Below, one piece after another: positions 9,000-17,559 of a DNA stretch of 32,000 bases. The notes below the pieces were generated by a model. The model did no database searches and was not told the DNA's origin. It was given only the letters and a program-made list of their open reading frames with translations. The first letter of the stretch is position 1. Every line of letters starts with the position of its first letter. Where the stretch lies: contig NZ_LT934425.1 of the NCBI RefSeq assembly GCF_900232105.1, forward strand, positions 2,940,001 through 2,972,000, in the 5' to 3' direction. The DNA comes from Candidatus Kuenenia stuttgartensis (GTDB lineage Bacteria; Planctomycetota; Brocadiia; Brocadiales; Brocadiaceae). The translations under genes and the position numbers were made by a program.

Positions 9000-9502
9000 C
9001 AGAATACCACCTTAAGATAAGCTGCAATAGTAGGCAGGTCGTGTTTAGAAAACCACTTCCCAAGAATCTCAGCCTTATTCCCATCATCCCTGATTTGCCC
9101 TTTCAAAGTTTTTTTGCGACCAGGGAGTTGTGTTAAATTGCGAGGATACAATTTGCCACTATCAGCATCCCAGACCATTAATCCTTCAGCAATAGCAATA
9201 TCAATTGCCGCCAAGGTATACTCACGCTTCTCTCTTGCCCGCTCCTGTATGGTTAACAATATGTCTGAGTCTTTTGAGACTTCAAAGCTACGAGCAAATG
9301 ATTGTAGATCGTTTCTTTTATTGCTTATTGGTTTAAGAAGTGTCTTATTCGTCAGTATGGCACTAGCCACAAAATGTAACAGCCCAATTGGAGCATCCCC
9401 GTGCGGATGTCCATTGCAGTATCCTTGAGTAAACCTCCAAAGCAAATAGGCACCTACCAGAGGAGTGTTCCAGAGTTTTACTTCCTCCACTAATTGTCCC
9501 AT
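8999..9502 (-). CDS. lmuC: Small middle component (LmuC / ABC-3C MC-like).
   Basis: The preferred start is ATG 9502, 6 nt after AAGGAGGA and 2 nt after the upstream stop (9505-9507). The track start at 9541 lacks an RBS. The N-terminus LWNTPLVGAYLLWRFTQGY...PIGLLHFVASAILTNKTLLKPIS fits my recall of ABC-3C middle components (N..LGA..L..F...Y ... lFlvlP.vLh). Confidence 0.65.
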   Translation of the reverse strand: MGQLVEEVKLWNTPLVGAYLLWRFTQGYCNGHPHGDAPIGLLHFVASAILTNKTLLKPISNKRNDLQSFARSFEVSKDSDILLTIQERAREKREYTLAAIDIAIAEGLMVWDADSGKLYPRNLTQLPGRKKTLKGQIRDDGNKAEILGKWFSKHDLPTIAAYLKVVF

Positions 9503-9504
9503 AA

Positions 9505-10662
9505 TCAATCCTCCTTTTGTTTTGGAAATAGTTTTTCCCAATTAGGATGCCAGCCAAGAACTGGTTTATTAGTCAGAGCATGATATGTCCCAGCGATCGT
9601 TGAGCATGGGGGCGACATATCTCTGATTGTTTCCGCCCTTGACTTACAATCTCTGAAAAGCAATTGTCCTTTATCTTCTTCACTTAAACTTTTTTCAGTA
9701 ATGTCTATTCTTATTCTTTGGTTTTTCCAAAAGTTATTTAACTTTGTCTCAAAATCAGAAGCAATATCTTCGTCAATGATGCCGCTCTCTATCCACCGTT
9801 CACGATTTACATCTGCTCTCAAAAAATCTGACACTGCCTCTAATATATCATCATCAGTAGTGCCGATTACATCAAGCTGTTTCAGATATACCGGACGAAC
9901 TTTTACCTGGCTTTGGATATCTTCGTCCTTTAGAGGATACTGCAATGTAAAATCAACAAGTTCTCGACAACGAGCACGATTAAACAGAACTAAAAACTGT
10001 TGATCAAATTTTTCCCAACTTATGATTGCTAGTTCCCGTGCTGCAATTTTTTCAGTGATTACTTTCTGTAACCAACCACTGATTTGATCCATAAGAAATT
10101 CAATTTGGCTTACTGGAACATGCTTGCGCCGAATTTCGTAGCGCACGTTATCATAACCAGTGTCACTTCCGATTTGAAGCTCAAATCTTTCCACAACTTT
10201 TACCAGCAAAGACTCGTTTTGATTAACCACTAAATCATAGTATTCCCAAATATCATGGTCCTTTTTTATATCATTAAGCACTTTTTTTGCGTCATCAATT
10301 GCAGATTGCGCTTCCTTTTGGTTTCGCGCAGAACTAAATTTATCGACAATACCGCTTCTTCCAGACTGATTACAATACAGGATAAATTTTGTTTTTCCTA
10401 CACCTAGGTTTCTACTTGTGATTGCTTTTATCCAATTTGAAAATGTTTTCCACAAATCGGTCGATTTGTCGGTCAGGGGATTTCCAACTATTGAAGATTT
10501 GTCTTCCTCGGTAATTACCCCTCCATCTGGTTTAAGAGTTGCTACATCGCCCCGAACTTCAACACAAACAGCATCGCCTGGGCCACTCCTAAGAAGGTGG
10601 TACAATGCACGTGGAAACTGAATTGTATACCCTAGTAACTGACCTGGTGCATTTGATTTCAT
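9505..10662 (-). CDS. lmuA: Effector protein: N-terminal PD-(D/E)xK (Cap4/DUF4297-like) nuclease domain plus a helical C-terminal ABC-3C/LmuA domain.
   Basis: QLLGYTIQFPRALYHLL...VCVEVRGDVATLKPDGGVITEEDKSS (10498-10560) carries E..GD...13 aa...E-D-K, which is a restriction-endonuclease-fold motif. The remaining ~300 aa are helical. I prefer the start at ATG 10662 (MKSNAPGQLLGY...); the ORF remains open to a TTG at 10791. Confidence 0.7.
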   Translation of the reverse strand: MKSNAPGQLLGYTIQFPRALYHLLRSGPGDAVCVEVRGDVATLKPDGGVITEEDKSSIVGNPLTDKSTDLWKTFSNWIKAITSRNLGVGKTKFILYCNQSGRSGIVDKFSSARNQKEAQSAIDDAKKVLNDIKKDHDIWEYYDLVVNQNESLLVKVVERFELQIGSDTGYDNVRYEIRRKHVPVSQIEFLMDQISGWLQKVITEKIAARELAIISWEKFDQQFLVLFNRARCRELVDFTLQYPLKDEDIQSQVKVRPVYLKQLDVIGTTDDDILEAVSDFLRADVNRERWIESGIIDEDIASDFETKLNNFWKNQRIRIDITEKSLSEEDKGQLLFRDCKSRAETIRDMSPPCSTIAGTYHALTNKPVLGWHPNWEKLFPKQKED

Positions 10663-10958
10663 TCGTATCCGCCTATTAGCATTCCAGAGAAGTCGCTGTC
10701 GTTTCACGAAGGTTGACCTATAGAGAAGGGCGCATTCCCAAATATTTGTAGATCCCCCATCCTTGTTCTCGATCTCCTCAGACTGGGTCAAATGGGCAAT
10801 TTTCCTCTATTTCGAGATATGCATTTCCTACTTTAATGGAAAAACAGTAATAAATAGGGCATGAAACAGGTAAAATATAAGGAGTTGCCACCACTTTTGA
10901 GATAACAAAGTTCATTTGACCCAGTCTGTGCGCGCCTTGCCTACAAGGAAAATGTTTT

Positions 10959-10980
10959 GTGCCTGTTATATAACAGGCAC
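10959..10980. promoter_or_regulatory. Perfect 22-bp palindrome upstream of the three-gene operon, a possible operator.
   Basis: GTGCCTGTTAT|ATAACAGGCAC has an AT-rich TATATA core and lies 170-300 nt upstream of the candidate start codons. No adjacent T-run is present on either strand, so it is not a typical terminator. Confidence 0.35.
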
Positions 10981-11092
10981 ACGTGAATATCTTTTTCAAA
11001 AAACAAAACTAATACAGAATCCTTAATTTTATTGAGTTTTTTCAAAAAACTAAAATCTTACCAATTGTAAAGGAAGCTCATGCTTTCTATTT

Positions 11093-11144
11093 TAGAAGCA
11101 GAGCTTCTAAAGCAATTACGTTCCAAAGCTGGAGCTTTGGAACG
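11093..11144. repeat. Pair of REP-like hairpins.
   Basis: tagaagc-aga-gcttcta followed by gcaattaCGTTCCAAAGC-tgga-GCTTTGGAACG. The second hairpin is a sequence relative of CGTTCCCAAAC-tcca-GTTTGGGAACG inside the MITE at 22591-22616. The 12-mer gcaattacgttc recurs at 22737-22748. Confidence 0.6.
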
Positions 11145-11207
11145 AGTTGTGATCCTATTTTTAAATTTACAAATATTTGGAAATGCTTCTCATAGAGAAT
11201 TAGGGAA

Positions 11208-11285
11208 AGCCGATGTCACATTTTGAATAGTGAATTAATTTTGGTTAATATTTTTTTTATTTGCGGTTCTTTTGCTCAACTAAAC
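11208..11285. repeat. Copy 2 of the ~78-bp direct repeat. Its partner is at 6540-6617.
   Basis: See copy 1. Both copies lie immediately 3' (minus-strand sense) of a Y1-transposase-like remnant. Confidence 0.7.
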
Positions 11286-11426
11286 CTTTATATTACTTAC
11301 TTGTTTGCTGACAGAAGAATAACCATGATTAAATATTTTTGCAATTTCATTATTTTCAAATTTAGAAATTCGGTTTCCTCCATTAAATATTTTGCCAAAA
11401 AGTGCAAAGAAATACCTTTTAGGGTA
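11280..11426 (-). pseudogene. C-terminal HTH fragment of an IS200/RAYT-like (long-form) transposase, with no start codon.
   Basis: The open frame between stops reads YPKRYFFALFGKIFNGGNRISKFENNEIAKIFNHGYSSVSKQVSNIKV*. The segment ..EIAK.F..GYSSVSK.V resembles the C-terminal DnaA-C-like HTH (EIA..LG..YSTVSR) of long Y1 transposases (recall). Confidence 0.4.
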
Positions 11427-11442
11427 CTATGCGTGAACTATA

Positions 11443-13104
<1,662 letters not shown>

Positions 13105-13126
13105 TTAAAGCTCCAATAGGGGTATT

Positions 13127-13429
13127 CTAACTGATAAGTGGCAATTTTGCCCGGATTGTTTTCGCGGCTGGCAACCAGCCATAAAAAGCTCTTTTTATCC
13201 AATGAAGATGCTGGACCAGGGTGTTCCACTCGTGAATTAAGAACATGGCATTGTCTGCGCTGTATTCTATATCTCCTGATTCCTTGAAGCCTAATCTTGT
13301 AGCTAGTTCATGCGCCGAAAGGTATGCCTCCGGTGTGTTGTTTACCACAATAAAAATATAGTTTATGTAGGCAAACCGTTCCGGACTCAGATGCTCTAAA
13401 TCCGTCGCATCTTCTTTAACTATAGTCAA
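13127..13429 (-). CDS. Hypothetical protein with a TTG start and no recognisable motif.
   Basis: 100-aa ORF co-oriented with pgi and 34 nt upstream of it. It is supported only by ORF length. Confidence 0.3.
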   Translation of the reverse strand: MTIVKEDATDLEHLSPERFAYINYIFIVVNNTPEAYLSAHELATRLGFKESGDIEYSADNAMFLIHEWNTLVQHLHWIKRAFYGWLPAAKTIRAKLPLIS

Positions 13430-14048
13430 AAGCGTATTGATAGGGGGGACTTCCCGTTTTTCTCTCTAAAAAGAGGGTGGCAGCGGAGCTGACGGGATGT
13501 TTATTAAACGCCGGGTTACCAGGAATTTCCAAAATCTGATTTCTTTGACTATAAATATACGGTTCGTCATACGTAAAACAACCCCCTTCCTCCCCTTTTT
13601 AAGGGGGGACTTTTGCTGCTGGTAATGCCAATATGAATATTTTTGTGTGGGGGATATTAAATCAGAAAGGTTAAAGATAGCAAGTTTTTAATTCTTCCGG
13701 CTTCGCCAAATACTATAGTATACGCACAAATGATTCTTCCCTTGTCTCTTTATTCTGTATTTTGGTTCATCTTATTTGTTTATTTAAATACCCAAATTCC
13801 AAGCTCAATTTATACACTACAAATTATAAAGAGCAATAAAGTAAGATAAATCAATGTCTTTTCGACTAATTGAATTATGTATAGTGTATATTGTATACAC
13901 TACACGAATAGTTTATGTTTTTATTAAAGGAAGCGAAAACTATTGAATATACAGGCTTTCCGCATATATATTCAATGTAGTGTATAAAATTAGCTTCGAA
14001 GTCAGGTAAATAGTGACGTAACTAATTTATGAATACAAATAAATGCTG

Positions 14049-14077
14049 TTGACAATTTTGCATTTGATAAATATTAT
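14049..14077 (+). promoter_or_regulatory. Near-consensus sigma70-type promoter for the peroxidase gene.
   Basis: TTGACA (14049-14054), a 17-nt spacer, then TATTAT (14072-14077). This lies about 90 nt upstream of ATG 14168, which is itself preceded by AAGGA. Confidence 0.5.
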
Positions 14078-14167
14078 TAAATAAAAATCGTTGTAGGTAA
14101 CATGGGATTATGTTGTTATGGATCACTTAATGGCTACGTTTTCATTACACACGAAAAAGGATGATAT

Positions 14168-15244
14168 ATGAAGATTACTAGATTTGCTACCATGTGTTGT
14201 TTGTTGGCATTTGCTGCTATTACCTTTGTATTACCTGTACTGGTTTCTGCGGAGGAACCGCCCCGGAATATCGGCTATGGCAGAGGCGGAAGAATGCAGG
14301 GAGGCGCTGTATCTTCACGGTCAAAAGAACCCATCAAGCCGATCCCGATTAATTTTGACGATAACAGGGCAAAGACGGATTTAGGGAAAAAGTTATTCTT
14401 TGAACCAAGGTTGTCTAAATCCGAATGGATTACGTGCAATTCCTGCCACAATCTTTCTACGGGCGGTACGGATAATCTGCCGACTTCTATTGGACATAAA
14501 TGGACGCTTGGTCCTATAAATTCACCAACCGTCCTGAACTCAAAATTTAATCTGGCGCAATTCTGGGATGGACGCGCCAAGGATTTGAAGGAGCAGGCAA
14601 AAGGCCCTATCGCCAATCCTATGGAAATGGCTTCGAACTATCAACTTGCGGTAGATGTATTGCAATCGATCCCGGAATATGTGGGGTGGTTTAAGGATGT
14701 CTATGGAGAGGGAAAGATTACTATAGATAACGTTGCGGATGCCATCGCAGCATTTGAAGAAACGCTGACTACTCCAAACTCACGGTTCGATTCATGGCTA
14801 AACGGTTATGACGAAAAAATCACCGCTGAGGAAAAGGCGGGGTACGACCTTTTTAAGGAAAAAGGATGCATAGGCTGCCATAACGGATTCGGGGTGGGAG
14901 GAAACTCTTTTGAGAAATTTGGCATTGCAAAACCCTATGACAAAGACACCCAGACGCTCGGACGCTATAACGTGACAAAGGATGAGAATGATAAATACGT
15001 TTTCAAGGTGCCGCTGCTCAGAAATATTGAGCTCACAGCGCCCTATTTTCATGATGCAAGCACGTGGAGTTTGAGTGAGGCGGTGAATGTGATGGCGGAA
15101 TATCAGTTAGGCATAAAACTTACTGAAAATGAAACAAGCAGGATTGTTGCGTTTCTCAAAACACTGACCGGTGATCAACCCGAACTTATTTATCCCATTT
15201 TGCCACCTTCAAGCGCAAATACACCGCAACCAAACCGGAATTGA
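14168..15244 (+). CDS. Di-haem cytochrome c peroxidase (CcpA/MauG family), periplasmic.
   Basis: 358 aa with an N-terminal signal peptide (MKITRFATMCCLLAFAAITFVLPVLVSA). It has two CxxCH haem sites (CNSCHN, CIGCHNG) and typical motifs FWDGRA, PMEM, VPLLRN, PYFHD. Confidence 0.9.
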   Translation: MKITRFATMCCLLAFAAITFVLPVLVSAEEPPRNIGYGRGGRMQGGAVSSRSKEPIKPIPINFDDNRAKTDLGKKLFFEPRLSKSEWITCNSCHNLSTGGTDNLPTSIGHKWTLGPINSPTVLNSKFNLAQFWDGRAKDLKEQAKGPIANPMEMASNYQLAVDVLQSIPEYVGWFKDVYGEGKITIDNVADAIAAFEETLTTPNSRFDSWLNGYDEKITAEEKAGYDLFKEKGCIGCHNGFGVGGNSFEKFGIAKPYDKDTQTLGRYNVTKDENDKYVFKVPLLRNIELTAPYFHDASTWSLSEAVNVMAEYQLGIKLTENETSRIVAFLKTLTGDQPELIYPILPPSSANTPQPNRN

Positions 15245-15587
15245 GGGCATTGGCGGAAGAAACAAGAATATCCTCCATTTTTGTCCAGTTGTATATGGAT
15301 GGTCTCACAGGTCATTATGAGCAATTCTTTAGGGTCATCCGGAAACAATGCCAGGCACTCGACGGGTCTCCACTACGCTCCAATAACGGTACATTTTGCC
15401 ATCCTTTATCCTTGATTTCGCTCGTAAAAGCATGAAAGCATTTTCTCCGTTTTTATTGGACTCGTCAAGAGGGTCGGTAGGCACTACAGCGCATTTTGAA
15501 AACCTACTTTAGCAAAATCAAGGGTTTCAAGGCGATATATGTCTAAAAATCATCGTTTTTCGGTGCGAATTGCGAAAGTCGGGTTAA

Positions 15588-15743
15588 CAGGGAGATTGTA
15601 TCAAGCTTGTCCTCGCAGTATTTCAGCGGGGAAAGATATGTGAAATCGATCCATTATGTTGTCCAAAATGTAGCTGTGAGATGAAAGTCATCCGTTTCAT
15701 TACCGTCGTTTCATTACCGTGCATAATTTTAAAAAATAGTTGA
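15588..15743 (+). pseudogene. C-terminal remnant of an IS91-family-like transposase.
   Basis: The open frame without a start reads QGDCIKLVLAVFQRGKICEIDPLCCPKCSCEMKVIRFITVVSLPCIILKNS*. The ..EIDPL.CPKC..EMK.I.FIT block is the conserved C-terminal zinc ribbon of IS91-type transposases (recall). Confidence 0.4.
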
Positions 15744-15818
15744 ATTGTGAGAATATTTTACTACACTCATGAAAATAATTTTATTTACACTTTTAGTAAA
15801 AGCCACTGTTGCATATTT

Positions 15819-16214
15819 ATGGATAAACAATTCTCAAAAATAATTCTTTCATTAATTTTTATAAGTAGCACTCTCTGCTTTTTTGGATTTGGAGAGTCTT
15901 TTACCTTTAATACTCAGTCAAATCATCATCAAGTTGAGATTTCGCTTGATTCACATCTGGATAGCTTTTCCGGTTTTATTGTTAGTGACCACAGTGATCC
16001 TCTGAACATCTATTTCACATCTTTTCCTGGAGACGAATGTGGACTGGAAGAAAAAAAAGCGAAAAAGAAACGAGAGAATCTTCGAGGATATTATTCCAAC
16101 GAGGAGCAATTAACACATAATGTAAATGCACCATCGTTCCGGTCTGTCCCCTTATCAACGTGCTACCTTTACCATTCCTCCCTTTACCTTCTTTTTGAAG
16201 TATTCCTACTTTGA
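15819..16214 (+). CDS. Hypothetical small secreted or membrane-anchored protein.
   Basis: Internal ATG 15819 gives MDKQFSKIILSLIFISSTLCFFGFG..., which looks like a signal or anchor. There are no family motifs, and the track ORF starts further upstream at 15747. Confidence 0.3.
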   Translation: MDKQFSKIILSLIFISSTLCFFGFGESFTFNTQSNHHQVEISLDSHLDSFSGFIVSDHSDPLNIYFTSFPGDECGLEEKKAKKKRENLRGYYSNEEQLTHNVNAPSFRSVPLSTCYLYHSSLYLLFEVFLL

Positions 16215-16423
16215 TTCTTTCTGAATCAAGGAGCCTTTGCTACTTGGCGTTTAATTAATTTACTTACTGCTTAAAGCGCTACATTTAGTATGTGGACGCA
16301 TCGGTGATGTAAACAGGTTAAGCTGGTTTTCAAGTTGAGGCTCTATCTACCCTTTTTGCTTACAAACTCAGCACAAAATATACCCGTTTTAATTTTCTAA
16401 TTGTTTAATAATAAAGATTTTCA

Positions 16424-17524
16424 ATGTCTGGAGTATTGATGAAAAGAATGCTCATACTCGTAAGCCTGATTGCTTTGTTATGCCATGCAGGCTGTGGAAC
16501 AGAACACGAAGAACATAAAAAAGAGGAAGTCAAATTTCTGGTTACCAGCCCGTTGAGAAAAGACACTTCCCTCACCACGGAGTACGTATGCCAAATCCAT
16601 GCCATACAACATATTGAAATAAGAACGTTCGAAAGAGGCTACTTAAATAAGATTTTTGTGGATGAAGGGCAGTTGGTCAGGAAAGGGCAGCTTATGTTCC
16701 AGGTCCTGCCCGTCATATACCGTGCCGAATTTCACAAAGCACAGGCCGAAGCAAAGGGGGCAGAAATTGAATACTTAAATACAAAATCGCTTGCAGACAA
16801 CAATATAGTATCTCCTAATGAATTGGCACTGGCTAAGGCCAGATTTGATAAAGCAAAGGCTGAACAGGCATTGGCTAAGGCACGCTTAGGGTTTACGGAT
16901 ATCAGAGCTCCCTTTAATGGTTTGATGGATCACTTCCATGTAAGGCTTGGAAGCCTTTTGGATGAAGGCGAACTGCTTACCACTTTATCGGATAACAGTG
17001 AAATGTGGGTGTATTTCAATGTGCCGGAAGCGGAATATTTGGATTACAAAACAAAGATAAATAAAGACAACCAGGTACAAGTAAAGTTACTAATGGCAAA
17101 TAATCAGCTTTTTGAATACCCCGGAGTGGTTACCACCATTGAAGCCGATTTTAACAACGAAACAGGTAATATTGCTTTCAGGGCAACATTCCCCAACCCG
17201 GAAGGGCTGTTAAGGCATGGAGAAACAGGTAATATCCTAATGACCAAACCGCTCGAAAACGCACTGCTGATTCCGCAGAAAGCCACTTTTGAGATCATGG
17301 ATAAGAAATATGTTTTTGTGATAGATGAAAACAATGTAGTAAGAACAAGGCACATTACCATAGGAGCGGAAATGCCACACCTATTTGTGGTAAAAGAAGG
17401 TTTAACTGAAAACGATAAGATACTTTTAGAAGGCTTGCGTAAAGTAAGAGATAAGGAAGAAATAACTTATGAATTTATGGATCCAGATTCGGTAATGGCA
17501 CATCTGGATTTATATGCAGAATAA
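16424..17524 (+). CDS. RND efflux periplasmic adaptor (membrane fusion protein, HlyD/AcrA family) lipoprotein.
   Basis: 366 aa. The lipobox is LLCHAGC. It has a coiled-coil hairpin (AEFHKAQAEAKGAEIEYLN...LAKARFDKAKAEQALAKARLGFTDIRAPFNG) and a beta-barrel C-terminal part. It sits directly upstream of the RND pump. Confidence 0.9.
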   Translation: MSGVLMKRMLILVSLIALLCHAGCGTEHEEHKKEEVKFLVTSPLRKDTSLTTEYVCQIHAIQHIEIRTFERGYLNKIFVDEGQLVRKGQLMFQVLPVIYRAEFHKAQAEAKGAEIEYLNTKSLADNNIVSPNELALAKARFDKAKAEQALAKARLGFTDIRAPFNGLMDHFHVRLGSLLDEGELLTTLSDNSEMWVYFNVPEAEYLDYKTKINKDNQVQVKLLMANNQLFEYPGVVTTIEADFNNETGNIAFRATFPNPEGLLRHGETGNILMTKPLENALLIPQKATFEIMDKKYVFVIDENNVVRTRHITIGAEMPHLFVVKEGLTENDKILLEGLRKVRDKEEITYEFMDPDSVMAHLDLYAE

Positions 17525-17559
17525 TGTAAGTATTAGAAAAGAGAAGAAAGAAAAAAAAC

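Noticed and set aside
10778-10999. A 73-aa minus-strand ORF (TTG start) upstream of and overlapping the nuclease gene.
   Set aside because: It is Cys-rich and low-complexity, has no RBS, spans the 22-bp palindrome and the long-range inverted repeat, and overlaps the next gene out of frame. It is most likely non-coding leader.
6619-11426. The idea that the two Y1-transposase fragments are halves of one gene split by insertion of the three-gene cassette.
   Set aside because: The order is wrong for a simple insertion. On the coding (minus) strand the C-terminal fragment (11280-11426) lies upstream of the N-terminal fragment (6619-6958). Each fragment also carries its own copy of the 3' flanking repeat. 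Two separate decayed copies fit better.
13430-13640. G-rich motifs aggggggactt (13442-13452 and 13603-13613) and the hairpin CCCC-tttttaa-GGGG followed by a short T-run (13590-13620), considered as a terminator or small RNA.
   Set aside because: No convergent gene ends here on the plus strand. On the minus strand the stem is followed by only a weak T tract and no upstream gene. It looks like another low-complexity palindromic repeat and cannot be assigned a function from sequence alone.
15241-15435. A 64-aa plus-strand ORF overlapping the ccp stop.
   Set aside because: It has no RBS and no motifs, and it lies in the region interpreted as IS debris.
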